A stretch of 64,000 nucleotides of DNA from an uncultured Chryseobacterium sp. GTDB lineage: Bacteria > Bacteroidota > Bacteroidia > UBA10329. The first letter of the stretch is position 1, and the number at the start of each line of letters is the position of its first letter. The stretch lies in NCBI GenBank assembly GCA_964500205.1, contig CAZCNS010000012.1, positions 5,626-69,625 of the forward strand. The letters are read 5' to 3'. Shown piece by piece: positions 1 to 10,221 of this stretch. Under the pieces are notes generated by a model, which saw nothing but the letters and a program-made list of their open reading frames with translations, was not told where the DNA came from and did no database searches. A program made the translations under genes and the position numbers.

Positions 1-864
1 TTTCACGGCCATGTAGATTCCATGCTGGTCAAGGCGGGCAGCGGACTGGTCACGTTCGGCAACTCGTCATCGGCAGGCGTGCCAGAGAGTTTCGTCAATG
101 AGACCATTGTGTTGCCACTCAACGACCCAGAGGCTTTGCGTCAAGCCTTCACGCAATGTGGCGGTAACATCGCTGCGGTCATCATCGAGCCTGTGCCTGC
201 CAACAATGGACTGTTGCTGCAGAACGGGGAGTTCCTAAGATTGCTCCGCGAGGTGTGCTCTGACAGCGGTGCGCTGCTCATTTTCGATGAAGTGATCAGC
301 GGTTTCCGTGTAGGGTTCGAGGGCGCGGCCGGACTTTACGGCATCCGTCCCGATATCATCACCTTCGGTAAGATCATTGGTGGGGGAATGCCCGTTGGAG
401 CCTATGGGGCATCGGAGGCCATCATGTCGAAGGTGTCACCGCTTGGCCCTGTCTATCAGGCGGGCACACTTTCGGGCAACCCCGTGGCCATGGCAGCTGG
501 CGCGGCCCAGCTCAAGGCCTTGCTTCGTGATGGCTTCTATCAGCGATTGGAGAAAAAGACAAGAAAAGTGGTCAACGGAGTGCTGGAACATGCCGAGGAG
601 AAGGGCCATCCCGTCAAGATGTTCTCCATCGGCTCCATTTTTTGGCTGGCATTCAGCAACCGACCGAGCATTCGTTCGGCTGCGGAGATCGACCCGGAGA
701 GTATGAACATTTTCCGCACTTTCTACCACGCCCTGCTTGAGGAGGGCATCTACATCGGCCCGAGTGGATACGAGGTGGGTTTCATCAGCGATGCTCACTC
801 CGATGCAGATCTCGACTTGGTGGTGAAAGGAATCTGCAACGCCCTCGACAAGGCTTTGAGCTGA
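1..864 (+). CDS. hemL: Glutamate-1-semialdehyde 2,1-aminomutase, 5'-truncated by the window edge
   Basis: The frame is open from nt 1 (FHGHVDSMLVKAGSG...). Class-III aminotransferase signatures are present (IIEPVPANNG, LIFDEVISGFR, GKIIGGGMPVGAYG, YQAGTLSGNP). Confidence 0.9.
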   Translation, partial: FHGHVDSMLVKAGSGLVTFGNSSSAGVPESFVNETIVLPLNDPEALRQAFTQCGGNIAAVIIEPVPANNGLLLQNGEFLRLLREVCSDSGALLIFDEVISGFRVGFEGAAGLYGIRPDIITFGKIIGGGMPVGAYGASEAIMSKVSPLGPVYQAGTLSGNPVAMAAGAAQLKALLRDGFYQRLEKKTRKVVNGVLEHAEEKGHPVKMFSIGSIFWLAFSNRPSIRSAAEIDPESMNIFRTFYHALLEEGIYIGPSGYEVGFISDAHSDADLDLVVKGICNALDKALS

Positions 865-1655
865 TGCCCTACGAATCGCACCGCATAGCCATCATAGGCA
901 CAGGCAATGTAGCTCATGTGTTGGGCCGCGTGCTCAAGCGGTCGGGCAACAAGCTCACAATGGTGGTCGGTAGGGCAGGGGAGAAGGCCGAGAGGCTGGC
1001 TTTCGAGCTGGGCTGCAAGTGGTCAGACCGTGCGCAAGACATACCGGAGGAGACCGAGGTCATCTTGATAGCAGTGATGGACGATGCCATAGTTGAGGTG
1101 GCCTCGGAACTGTACCGCCCCGGCACAGTGGTGGCCCACACCAGTGGTTCCGTGCCGATGGAGGCACTGGGCGATTGCTCAGACCGTCTGGGCGTTTTCT
1201 ACCCTTTGCAGACCCTGCATCGCGATGCGATGGTCGATTTCCGTCAGGTGCCGCTCTGTATCGAAGGCAATGGAAATTGGAATGAGGGACTGCTCATGGA
1301 GATAGCCCGCTCCATCTCCGACAACGTGCAGATCATCAACTCCGGGCAGCGCAAGATGGTGCATCTGGCGGCCGTGTTCGCCTGCAATTTCAGCAACCAC
1401 TGCTATGCCATGGCCGATGAGATACTCGCGGCCAATGGGGTTTCACTCGACATCCTGCGCCCGCTCATTCGGCAGACGGCAGAGAACATACGCCACAGCC
1501 GCCCGGCCGATGTCCAGACCGGCCCTGCGAAGCGAAGAGACCACCAAGTGATGGCAGCCCATCAGGGTTTACTAGCAGGCCTCGACCCCGACCTCACGGC
1601 CGTTTATCAGCAGATGAGCACTGGCATTATGAAGAAAAGTCACAAGGAGTATTGA
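864..1655 (+). CDS. Rossmann-fold oxidoreductase-like protein (DUF2520-type)
   Basis: N-terminal IAIIGTGNVAH dinucleotide-binding motif. C-terminal QTGPAKRRD...HQGLL resembles the DUF2520 signature. Its ATG overlaps the hemL stop (TGATG). Confidence 0.6.
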   Translation: MPYESHRIAIIGTGNVAHVLGRVLKRSGNKLTMVVGRAGEKAERLAFELGCKWSDRAQDIPEETEVILIAVMDDAIVEVASELYRPGTVVAHTSGSVPMEALGDCSDRLGVFYPLQTLHRDAMVDFRQVPLCIEGNGNWNEGLLMEIARSISDNVQIINSGQRKMVHLAAVFACNFSNHCYAMADEILAANGVSLDILRPLIRQTAENIRHSRPADVQTGPAKRRDHQVMAAHQGLLAGLDPDLTAVYQQMSTGIMKKSHKEY

Positions 1656-1733
1656 CGCATCACGAGGCCATTTTTCGCACCCGTGACCGAAAGGATGCAA
1701 TAGCTACTTTTGCCGACCGATTTTCAAGACATC

Positions 1734-2426
1734 ATGGCCAAGAAAAAGAATCAGAACGAAGAAGAGGAAATCCTTGTTGACGTGGAGGAGGTCTATTCCA
1801 AGACCGAGGAATTCATCAATGCCAATCAGGTTCAGATACTCGGTGGAGTAGCTGTTGTAGCGTTCATAATACTGGGTTATTTCTCTTACGTCCGGTTCTA
1901 TCTCGGCCCGTTGGAGGAGGAGGCCAGCAGCCAGATGTTCGTGGCAGAGCAGTATTTCGAGAAGGACAGCTTCAACATTGCGCTCAATGGTGATGCCACT
2001 TACCTCGGCTTTCTCGACATTGCTGACGACTACGGTTCCACCAAATCAGGCAACCTTGCCCGCTACTACGCAGGAATCAGCCACCTGAGTTTGGGGCAGT
2101 ATGAGGATGCGATCTACCAGTTGGGCAAGTTCAAGGGGCAGGACGTGGTGCTCAGTGCCATTGCATATGGAGCCACTGGTGACGCTCACATGGAACTGGG
2201 AGATGCGGACAAGGCACTTGCGGCCTACGAGAAGGCGGTGAAGACCAACGAGAACGAATTCACCACGCCCATCTATCTGATGAAGGCCGGGGTGGCTGCC
2301 GAGAAGCTCGGTAAATTCGATAAGGCCATTTCATACTATGGCAGACTTAGGAGCGACTTTCCCAACACTAACGAGGGCCGCAGCGCAGAGAAGTATCTTT
2401 CGCGTGCCCAGACAAGCATGAAGTGA
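1734..2426 (+). CDS. Membrane-anchored TPR-like protein (YfgM/YbgF-like)
   Basis: ATG at 1734 is preferred over the TTG at 1710. It has one TM helix (ILGGVAVVAFIILGYF) and TPR-like A/Y/G-rich helices. It lies immediately upstream of ribH. Confidence 0.55.
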   Translation: MAKKKNQNEEEEILVDVEEVYSKTEEFINANQVQILGGVAVVAFIILGYFSYVRFYLGPLEEEASSQMFVAEQYFEKDSFNIALNGDATYLGFLDIADDYGSTKSGNLARYYAGISHLSLGQYEDAIYQLGKFKGQDVVLSAIAYGATGDAHMELGDADKALAAYEKAVKTNENEFTTPIYLMKAGVAAEKLGKFDKAISYYGRLRSDFPNTNEGRSAEKYLSRAQTSMK

Positions 2427-2427
2427 T

Positions 2428-3000
2428 TTGGCAACGTATCTGAAGAATCTCTCAAAGCATGACGCATCCAAGGTCCCGGCTGTGGATGACATGCGTTTTG
2501 TCATTCTTGTCAGCGAATGGAACCCTGAGATCACGGAGGCTCTCAAGGAAGGTGCGGTGAGCACACTTCGGAAGTATGGAGTTTCCAAGGACGATATTGT
2601 GGTGCGCTATGTGCCGGGCACTTTCGAATTGACCGTGGCAGCCAAATGGATGGCAGAGCGGTGCGAGTTTGATGCTGTCATCTGTCTCGGATGCGTGATT
2701 CGTGGCGAGACACCACATTTTGATTACGTGTGTCAAGCGGTTACTCAGGGCCTTACTGACCTCACTGTTCAGTTAGGTATTCCGTTCGTCTTCGGAGTGC
2801 TCACCACTGATGACCTTCAACAGGCACTGGACAGGGCCGGGGGCAAGCACGGCAACAAGGGAGATGAGGCGGCCATAACTGCGATCAAAATGGCAGCTCT
2901 TCAGCGTGAGGTCGATGTGATCGATGCTGAGTTCATGGAGGATCTTTTGAGCGAGTTCGGTGATGACGAACCGTTCCGAGGGCCGGAGCTGCTCAACTGA
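2428..3000 (+). CDS. ribH: 6,7-dimethyl-8-ribityllumazine synthase with an acidic C-terminal tail
   Basis: Matches VPGTFELTVAAK, CLGCVIRGETPHFDYV, FGVLTTD and GNKGDEAA. The start is TTG. Confidence 0.9.
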   Translation: MATYLKNLSKHDASKVPAVDDMRFVILVSEWNPEITEALKEGAVSTLRKYGVSKDDIVVRYVPGTFELTVAAKWMAERCEFDAVICLGCVIRGETPHFDYVCQAVTQGLTDLTVQLGIPFVFGVLTTDDLQQALDRAGGKHGNKGDEAAITAIKMAALQREVDVIDAEFMEDLLSEFGDDEPFRGPELLN

Positions 3001-3113
3001 GACTGCCAGCGGCCTGAGTGGCTGAGCTATATCGGTGTGATATATTCATTCTCCTCACCATGCGCTTTTTCAAACCGTAGAAAAAGCTGAGGTTGTTTCT
3101 ACGAAAGAGGTGG

Positions 3114-3824
3114 TCATTTCCTCACCGTCACATGCACACAGTTGCCCTCCGGGGTAAGAAGGATCCGTCCGGCCTGTTGAAATTCCAGCAGCACCTCCCC
3201 TAATGCCTTTTGGGCAGCCACGCAGTCGTATGCGTTGGCGAAACGGTAGATGTCGAAGGAGGCCCCGTAGCTGTGTGTGGATACATTGGGCGTTGCATTC
3301 ACCCCCTTTGCCGATTTTCTGAGTTTCTCCTGCTGCTCGGAGGTGCGTGTGAGTGAGCTGATGCGGAAGTCGCTGCCCTCGGCTTCCGTGCCTTTGATCC
3401 GCTCCACATAGGACGCTCCCATCTCCCGTAGCACCTGATAAGCATCTGGATGAAGGTATGGGACGCTGTGGGTCAATTGTCGGTGGTCGATGCGATAGCC
3501 CTTGCCGTCCTCCACCCTTGTTAGCACCCGTTGCGCTGCGACTAATGCTTCTGTTACGATGACTCCTTTGTTAAGCTCATGGGCATGCTGTCGGTGCAGG
3601 TCGTACGGGTCGCGTTTGAAACGCACGGAGTGCCGGGTGCAGCCGCAGAATGCTGCCGGTTCTGCGGTTGCCTCTGTAGTTGCCGGCTCATCTTTCCAGA
3701 CCACATCTTTGATGAAAAGGAAAGTGCCGCGAACAATCCATGCGACCCCGGCAATAAAGACAAGGGCGCAGATGATGAGAAAGGCGATCTTCAGTTTTCG
3801 CTTGAGTCTCGGACGGATCTTCAT
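3114..3824 (-). CDS. Membrane-anchored LAS-superfamily (VanY/peptidase M15-like) protein, function unknown
   Basis: N-terminal TM anchor. STHSYGASFDI fits the S-x-H-x-x-G-x-x-x-D motif of VanY-type metallopeptidases. The rest is not recognised. Confidence 0.45.
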   Translation of the reverse strand: MKIRPRLKRKLKIAFLIICALVFIAGVAWIVRGTFLFIKDVVWKDEPATTEATAEPAAFCGCTRHSVRFKRDPYDLHRQHAHELNKGVIVTEALVAAQRVLTRVEDGKGYRIDHRQLTHSVPYLHPDAYQVLREMGASYVERIKGTEAEGSDFRISSLTRTSEQQEKLRKSAKGVNATPNVSTHSYGASFDIYRFANAYDCVAAQKALGEVLLEFQQAGRILLTPEGNCVHVTVRK

Positions 3825-3919
3825 TCACTGCAAAGAAGAGACCGAAGCACTTTCAGAATAATCTTTAACGCGAGTAGTTGTGAAAAGCCGGATGTTGACT
3901 TCTCGCGCCAAGCGGTCAA

Positions 3920-5023
3920 TTATAGTTGATCGACAATCTGCTTAAACACGTTGCGCCACTGCATTCGCTCCGCCTTAAGGGCATTTTCGCGGTCGCAGAG
4001 CAGCACGATGATGATATTCTTGTCTGGATGAACATAGACGTGCTGCTTGTCCATGCCATCGGCCATAAAGTCACCATATTCGGCTTCACCGATGTGCCAA
4101 CCGTAGTTGTAGCCAAAGCTACTGCCCTCAGTGGTGTCGCGGGCCAATGAACGGCTTACCCATTCCTCTGGGACAAGCTGCCGCCCTTCCCAGTTGCCAT
4201 TTCTGAGATAAAGTCTGCCGAATTTGGCGTAGTCCAAGGCCGTGGCACCCATGCAGCAAAAGGTGAGGTTGTTGCCTTTGCGGTCGATGGTCCAGAGGGC
4301 GTCACTGCACATGCCAAGCGGTTTCCAAAGTTTCTGAGTCATGTACGCGGCCGGGGTCATGTCTGTGGCCCGTTGAAGGATGATGCCCAGCAGTTGCACG
4401 TTGATATTCACGTACTCTTGAAAAGTTCCTGGTCTGTGTGCGAATTGCACATGCCCGAGTGCCTTTGTTACATCTCTTCCGTAATAGATCACCGCATCAT
4501 TCCTCAGTCTGTAGCGAATGCCCGAGGTCATGTTCAGCAGATGCTCGATGCGAAGGTCATCCGCATGTTCCATGCCTTTCAGCTCAGGGATGTGGTCGGT
4601 CACAAGGTCGCGAACACTGCCAATGTGGCCCTCAGAGATTGCGATTCCGATGAGGGCCGAGGTGAATGACTTGGCGATGGAGTAGGAGGCATGTACATCT
4701 GATGCGGTTTTACCCATCCCATATCCTTCATAAAGAATAGTGTCGTTCCGAATTACTGTAAGGCTGCGCACCTTGTGTTTGTTTTTCAGTGCTTCGAGTG
4801 AGACCAGAAAGGGTTTTCCATCGCCCCAGTCGTTCACCCTGACGCGCCTACCGATTCCATTTTCCTCCCTGAAAAACTCAAAGCAGTTCTCGCTGGATGC
4901 AATGCGCTCGGATGGGGAACGATTGATATCCTTCCCGTCTGGCCTGCCAAAGAAGATAGCCTTCATGGGAATACATCCCGAAATAAGCATTGCGAATATT
5001 AAGAAAAGGCCCGGACGACACAT
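3920..5023 (-). CDS. Serine hydrolase (beta-lactamase/PBP4* family) lipoprotein
   Basis: S-x-x-K motif (YSIAKSF). The start is moved to ATG 5023, giving the lipobox MCRPGLFLIFAMLISG|C. The 5125 start would overlap the divergent promoter region. Confidence 0.8.
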   Translation of the reverse strand: MCRPGLFLIFAMLISGCIPMKAIFFGRPDGKDINRSPSERIASSENCFEFFREENGIGRRVRVNDWGDGKPFLVSLEALKNKHKVRSLTVIRNDTILYEGYGMGKTASDVHASYSIAKSFTSALIGIAISEGHIGSVRDLVTDHIPELKGMEHADDLRIEHLLNMTSGIRYRLRNDAVIYYGRDVTKALGHVQFAHRPGTFQEYVNINVQLLGIILQRATDMTPAAYMTQKLWKPLGMCSDALWTIDRKGNNLTFCCMGATALDYAKFGRLYLRNGNWEGRQLVPEEWVSRSLARDTTEGSSFGYNYGWHIGEAEYGDFMADGMDKQHVYVHPDKNIIIVLLCDRENALKAERMQWRNVFKQIVDQL

Positions 5024-5146
5024 GCTGCAAAGGAACCACCATTCTGAGAACATCGTTGATGGTGCCATGTTATGTATCGGAAGGCACATTGGAGCCTGGT
5101 TAAAAAAAGCAACTTTGCATTCCAACCAAAACTCAAACCAAAAGAG

Positions 5147-6220
5147 ATGAACAGATACTTGATTCCTTTAGCTGTTGCGGCAGCAATCTTTACGGGCTGT
5201 GGACAGAGTCCTGAAGATGTTGAGAAAGCCAGACTCGCAGCAGAAAAGGCTGAGAGCGAGAAGCTGGAGGCCGAGATCGGTGACATGGCACGCGGCATGT
5301 TCAAGCCGCTCCGGGCCGATGCAGACATCAATCCTGACAACCCGGTAACTAAGGAAAAAGTGAAGCTGGGTCATGTGCTGTACTATGACAAGCGTCTATC
5401 TTTCGGGGGCACACAGAGTTGCAACACTTGCCACGACCTAAGCACTTTCGGGGTGGACAACCTGCCCACATCTCCCGGTGACAAGGGCGAGAACGGTGAC
5501 CGTAATTCCCCCACAGTGCTCAATGCCGCGCTGCACACAGCCCAGTTCTGGGATGGTCGTGCCAAGAATGTGGAAGAGCAGGCCGGTATGCCCATAACCA
5601 ACCCTGTAGAAATGGCCATCCCCAGCGAGGATTTCCTCATGAAACGGCTCAAGGACATCGAGTTGTACCAAGAGCTTTTCGCTGCAGCCTATCCGGACGA
5701 TAAGAACCCAATTACTTACAAGAATCTTGAGAAGGCCATTGGTGCATTTGAGCGCACACTGCTGACTCCGTCCAAGTGGGACAGCTATCTCGGTGGGCAG
5801 TCATGGGCGCTGTCGCTGGAGGAGAAGAAGGGCCTGCAGACATTCATCAACGTAGGGTGTACCTCGTGTCATGGAGGAGAACTGCTTGGGGGCAACATGT
5901 TCCAGAAGTTCGGTGTGCACCACGACTATTGGGAATACACCAAGAGCGAGAAGGTTGACAAGGGCCGTTTTGAGGTTACAGGTCAGGAGGCCGACATGTA
6001 TGTGTTCAAGGTACCTTCTCTGCGTAACGTGACGAAAACAGCACCGTATTTCCATGACGGAAGCGTAGCCGAGCTTTCAGATGCAGTGCGCATCATTGCG
6101 AAGGTGAATCTCAATAAGGATCTCAGCGATGAGCAGGTGAAGAGCATCGTCACCTTCCTTGACGCATTGACAGGCGAGGTGCCCGTAGAGGCTACTGAAG
6201 AGCCGCTGGAATTGCTTTAA
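5147..6220 (+). CDS. Di-haem cytochrome c peroxidase (CCP/MauG family) lipoprotein
   Basis: Two CxxCH motifs (CNTCHD, CTSCHGG), plus FWDGRA, PSLRNV and APYFHDGS. Start at ATG 5147 (MNRYLIPLAVAAAIFTGC). Confidence 0.9.
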   Translation: MNRYLIPLAVAAAIFTGCGQSPEDVEKARLAAEKAESEKLEAEIGDMARGMFKPLRADADINPDNPVTKEKVKLGHVLYYDKRLSFGGTQSCNTCHDLSTFGVDNLPTSPGDKGENGDRNSPTVLNAALHTAQFWDGRAKNVEEQAGMPITNPVEMAIPSEDFLMKRLKDIELYQELFAAAYPDDKNPITYKNLEKAIGAFERTLLTPSKWDSYLGGQSWALSLEEKKGLQTFINVGCTSCHGGELLGGNMFQKFGVHHDYWEYTKSEKVDKGRFEVTGQEADMYVFKVPSLRNVTKTAPYFHDGSVAELSDAVRIIAKVNLNKDLSDEQVKSIVTFLDALTGEVPVEATEEPLELL

Positions 6221-6244
6221 TAGTAAAGCCTTTGTGCAATGAAA

Positions 6245-6274
6245 AAGCCCGGGGTCGTGAGACCTCGGGCTTTT
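6245..6274. terminator. Bidirectional rho-independent terminator between convergent genes
   Basis: AAGCCCGGGGTC-gtga-GACCTCGGGCTT hairpin with one G:U pair. It is flanked by an A-run upstream and TTTT downstream. Confidence 0.6.
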
Positions 6275-6293
6275 CTGTTATTGGTGGGCAATA

Positions 6294-6902
6294 TCACTTG
6301 ATAGGTAGTACGATACTGGTCCCATTGAACTGCAGCTGACCGAAGATTCCTTTCATATTGCGGTTCCAATGGGTTCGATGAATGGCGAAGCTCACTGCAT
6401 CGAACAATAACAGAAAGCCCCCTTGCATCATGATGGAATTCCCCATTCCCTTGAGCAGTGCACGCTGATTAGCTGGCCTACTGTTGCCGAACTCCTGCAT
6501 CCAAAGCCCCGTTCCGATATAGAGCCCGTCCAGCGCGATGTTGATGAGGTAGCTGGTCTCCATCTTCCGCTGCTCCTTGAAAGTGGTAGGGATGTCGTAG
6601 CTGCGGCTCATTCGCTTGCGGGCCGCCAGAAAACCTGGCACGGCAATGCCTACATTCACCACGTTCCAGTAGATGTTCATCTGATGGAAATAGTTGGCCT
6701 CCGTGCCTTTGGGCGTGGTGAGCACACCTGCCAACCCACCCGCCATGTTGCCCAGTCCCCAACCGCCCAGCACAAGCATGTTGGTGCGGGTGATGGCGTT
6801 GCGCTCGCGGTTGTAGGTGTCAAAAACGCTCATGTCGGCCTCTTGGGCCAAAGCCATGAGCGATGAGCATAGTGTCAGCGCAAGTAACAGAAGAGATTTC
6901 AT
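6294..6902 (-). CDS. Hypothetical secreted/membrane protein
   Basis: Signal peptide MKSLLLLALTLCSSLMALAQ and several hydrophobic segments. No recognisable family. Confidence 0.5.
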   Translation of the reverse strand: MKSLLLLALTLCSSLMALAQEADMSVFDTYNRERNAITRTNMLVLGGWGLGNMAGGLAGVLTTPKGTEANYFHQMNIYWNVVNVGIAVPGFLAARKRMSRSYDIPTTFKEQRKMETSYLINIALDGLYIGTGLWMQEFGNSRPANQRALLKGMGNSIMMQGGFLLLFDAVSFAIHRTHWNRNMKGIFGQLQFNGTSIVLPIK

Positions 6903-7039
6903 TTTATTTCTTGTTTGGAGCTAAGGTAACAGCCACGGCCACGTTTGGTTGCACTACAGGTTTCCCACACAAACATGAAGGAAACCGTAAATACTCTTTT
7001 CCGCTACTTTCGCATCTGATTTTCAATCTATAAGTACTT

Positions 7040-7906
7040 ATGACCCGTTGTTTCCTGTTGTGCTTATCCCTTTTTCTGCTGGTCACTGCCTGCGGCAAGG
7101 ATGAGATTATAGTGCCTGACAATACTGCACCGCCCGATGGCACCATCCCCGCCTTGGTGATGGAGACCTATGTCAACAAGTGTTACATCAGCCTTCTGGG
7201 ACGAAAGCCGACAGCTCAGGAGGAGGCAGGAGCAATAGCAATGCTCATCGATGGTGGACTCGGCATGGACAGTCGTATGGCCGTGCTCACACCGATACTT
7301 GCCAGTGTGGAGTATCGCAACAAGATGCTTGACACTGAGACTCTTCGGCTGCTCACGGTGCCCTACGATGCCGAGGAGGTCGCCTTTTGGATTTACATTT
7401 TCACTGAGCAGTTGAGTGAGCCAACGCTGCAGCCCTTTCTCAACATCATTCAATATGAAATAGATAGACTGGAGGAACTGCAGCAGCTACCTGCGCTTGT
7501 TGCACAGGGAGAAATAGACCGTGCCGAGATGCACCAAAGGTTGGTGAACAACTATTTCTACGACCAGTTGAACATGGGGTCGTTCAACCTTGTGGTAAGC
7601 CTATACAACCACTTCTTATTCCGCGACCCCACCGAGGAGGAGACTCAGGCTGGGATTACCATGGTCGATGGGTTCACTGCTGTCACCTTCTTTCAGAATG
7701 GAAGCTCGAAGGACGAATTCATCAGTAACCTCTTCAATAGCTATGACTACCGAGAAGGGGCAGTTCGCGAGCTGTATCTCCGACATCTCTTCCGCGAACC
7801 CACCACTGAGGAGCTGAATTATCACACCCTGCGCTACCTCAACACAGAAAGCTTCGAGGAGGTGCAGAAAGGGATTTTGACACTGGATGAATACGTGGGT
7901 CTTTGA
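7040..7906 (+). CDS. Lipoprotein with about three DUF4214-like helical repeats
   Basis: Lipobox LLVTAC. Repeated pattern Y-x-x-(L/F)-(L/F)-(G/F)-R-x-P-T-x-x-E ... S-x-E-Y (YISLLGRKPTAQEE...SVEYRNK; LYNHFLFRDPTEEE; LYLRHLFREPTTEE...TLDEY). Confidence 0.55.
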   Translation: MTRCFLLCLSLFLLVTACGKDEIIVPDNTAPPDGTIPALVMETYVNKCYISLLGRKPTAQEEAGAIAMLIDGGLGMDSRMAVLTPILASVEYRNKMLDTETLRLLTVPYDAEEVAFWIYIFTEQLSEPTLQPFLNIIQYEIDRLEELQQLPALVAQGEIDRAEMHQRLVNNYFYDQLNMGSFNLVVSLYNHFLFRDPTEEETQAGITMVDGFTAVTFFQNGSSKDEFISNLFNSYDYREGAVRELYLRHLFREPTTEELNYHTLRYLNTESFEEVQKGILTLDEYVGL

Positions 7907-7964
7907 CCCAAATGTGAAAGTTGAAACATGAAGGATGAAAAACAGAACTGAACACGATCGAGGA

Positions 7965-8486
7965 ATGAGCAATCTGAGATGTAGACTTCGTAAGGCCGGC
8001 AGCTTTTTTCAAATTTCCACTATCCTCTTTCTGCTTTTCACAGCCATCGGCTGTAGACCCGACCCCGATGTAATCTACGAGGTCAACGATGTGCAGGTGG
8101 TGCGGCCAACGGGGCAGAAGGGCAGTCAGAAGAGCCTCACTGAGTTCATCAGCATAGCTTACGCAGACATCTTCGAGCAGAACATCACACAGAGCGACCT
8201 CATCGCCCTCAGTCTGCCCTATCAGAGCTTCGGTGACCTGAAGTACATCGAGGATCTCATCATCCGTAATTTTCTCAATCAGCCCGATGCACTTGTGCCC
8301 AGCGAAACGGAGATGCGGGCCAATGTTGACGTCTTTGTCACAGCCACTTATCAGCGGTTCTTTAATCGTACTCCGAATGAATTTGAGGTTTGGTATGTAA
8401 AGAATCTGATCGATGACAACCCCGACATCACCCCCGAACTGGTGTATTACAGCATCATGACGAGTGATGAGTATCGATACTATTGA
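7965..8486 (+). CDS. Lipoprotein with a DUF4214-like C-terminal repeat
   Basis: ATG 7965 gives MSNLRCRLRKAGSFFQISTILFLLFTAIGC (lipobox). YQRFFNRTPNEFE...TSDEYRYY resembles the upstream gene's repeats. Confidence 0.5.
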   Translation: MSNLRCRLRKAGSFFQISTILFLLFTAIGCRPDPDVIYEVNDVQVVRPTGQKGSQKSLTEFISIAYADIFEQNITQSDLIALSLPYQSFGDLKYIEDLIIRNFLNQPDALVPSETEMRANVDVFVTATYQRFFNRTPNEFEVWYVKNLIDDNPDITPELVYYSIMTSDEYRYY

Positions 8487-8524
8487 TTTTTGAGCGCAGC
8501 GAAATCCCGGGAATGCGGGAATGA

Positions 8525-9721
8525 TTGAATGAAACGTGTATAGTGGCAGAACTGAACGGACATGGCGATTTTGACGGTGTCGTCCGCCTCATAGAGGAGG
8601 CGCGGGGCCGTGCGCTGCGCAAGGTGAACGAGGAGCTGGTGCTGCTCTACTTCCGTGTGGGCTGCATCGTTTCCGAGCGGGTGGCTGCCGGTGAATGGGG
8701 CGACAAGACCGTGGGGGCACTGGCCGATCACATCAGCGCGAGGCTGCCCGCATCCAGCGGCTTCACGCGCAGGGGGCTGTACAGGATGAAGCAGTTCTAT
8801 GAGGTCTATTCATCGGATGCATTCATGACGGCCATCAGCCCACAGCTGCAGACTTTCCTAACTGGTAGCCAACAAGCTTCAATTGTGTCGGCAGTGCCGA
8901 CACAATCTGAAAAGCAGTCCGAAAGTGAATTTGTGTCGGTACTGCCGACACAAATTGAGAGCCTTAAAAACCAATTCGTTACATCAATACTTTGCAAGGT
9001 CACATGGACTAACCACCTTGAGATCCTGTCGCAGACCAAATCATCTGAGGAGAAGTTCTTCTACCTGCTGCACTGTGTCAATGGGAAATGGACGATGAGG
9101 GAACTGAGGCGGCAGTTAAGCTCTGGCTATTTTGAACGCTCGATGCTCTCGGAGAAAATGTCAACAGTGTTGACACAATTGCCGCAAGGGTTTTTCAAAG
9201 ACCCGTACATCTTCGAATTCCTCGACCTGCCAGAGGGCCACACGGAGAAAGACCTTGAATCGGCACTGGTGCGGAACCTTCAGAAATTCATCCTTGAGAT
9301 CGGGCAGGGGTTCACCTACATGGGGAGGCAGTTCAGGATACAGGTGGGAAACAAGGACTATCGAACCGACCTGCTGTTCTTCCACCGCGACCTGCAATGC
9401 CTCGTATTGTTTGAGCTGAAAATCAAGGAGTTCGAGCCTGAGTTCCTCGGCAAGCTCAACTTCTACCTTGAGGCACTGGACCGCGATGTGAAACGCCCTC
9501 ACGAGCATCCGAGCATAGGTGTTCTCCTCTGCAAGGGCAAGGACACCGAGGTGGTGGAGTACTCCATGGCACGCAGCCTCTCGCCCGCCATGATAGCCGA
9601 TTACGAGACACGACTCATTCCCAAGAAACTGCTTGCCGCCAAGCTGCACCAGTTGGCGAAGGAGTTGACTGTGTATGAATCAGAAAGGAAGACAGCAGAA
9701 ATCAACGATACCATCAAGTGA
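8525..9721 (+). CDS. PD-(D/E)xK nuclease-family protein, YhcG/DUF1016-like
   Basis: N-terminal LIEEARGRALRKVNEELVLLYFRVG. C-terminal core DLLFFHRDLQCLVLFELKIKEF...KLNFYL...IGVLLC. TTG start at 8525, with a GTG alternative at 8543. Confidence 0.8.
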   Translation: MNETCIVAELNGHGDFDGVVRLIEEARGRALRKVNEELVLLYFRVGCIVSERVAAGEWGDKTVGALADHISARLPASSGFTRRGLYRMKQFYEVYSSDAFMTAISPQLQTFLTGSQQASIVSAVPTQSEKQSESEFVSVLPTQIESLKNQFVTSILCKVTWTNHLEILSQTKSSEEKFFYLLHCVNGKWTMRELRRQLSSGYFERSMLSEKMSTVLTQLPQGFFKDPYIFEFLDLPEGHTEKDLESALVRNLQKFILEIGQGFTYMGRQFRIQVGNKDYRTDLLFFHRDLQCLVLFELKIKEFEPEFLGKLNFYLEALDRDVKRPHEHPSIGVLLCKGKDTEVVEYSMARSLSPAMIADYETRLIPKKLLAAKLHQLAKELTVYESERKTAEINDTIK

Positions 9722-10221
9722 AAGTTCTTCTGACACCAGTTCTATTCTCAACTGTGCTTTTCTGCATGGCTCAGACGAGCGAGTCTGATTTGGATGATTC
9801 GGAATCAGGATGGACAAGACCGTTGGAAAATGTGGACATGTCTGAGGGAAAATGTTGGGGAATCACGCTGACAGAAATTTACAACATCGGTGGGGCACAT
9901 CCCCGTGAGAAAAGGAAGTTAGGAGGGAATCGGCATTTGGAAAGGCTTGATAAGAAGTGGGTGATCGGGAGGCTTCAAGAATTGGCACATCTTAAGGATG
10001 AGTTCAGAGTACGAATGGATGAGCAGATTGACGGTTTTCATGAGTTCGTAATCACATTAAGGGGTAAGGACTGCAAGACCCAAGAGATCGTTTTTGATAG
10101 CAAGGCCAATTTTGATTTCGGTCAGCTTGAAAGTCACTTTAAGAGAACTGAGACAGTATACCACTACTCGAAAGGCAACTACCGAAAAACCGTAAATTGG
10201 GTTGTTAAAAAGCGCAATTGA
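9718..10221 (+). CDS. Hypothetical secreted protein (orphan)
   Basis: Its GTG start overlaps the yhcG-like stop (GTGA). Signal peptide MKVLLTPVLFSTVLFCMAQ. Visibly more AT-rich than its neighbours. Confidence 0.45.
   Translation: MKVLLTPVLFSTVLFCMAQTSESDLDDSESGWTRPLENVDMSEGKCWGITLTEIYNIGGAHPREKRKLGGNRHLERLDKKWVIGRLQELAHLKDEFRVRMDEQIDGFHEFVITLRGKDCKTQEIVFDSKANFDFGQLESHFKRTETVYHYSKGNYRKTVNWVVKKRN

Noticed and set aside
3076-3103. Hairpin CGTAGAAA-N12-TTTCTACG downstream of ribH
   Set aside because: It has an AT-rich 8-bp stem with a 12-nt loop and no U-tract. That is too weak to call a terminator or an RNA element.
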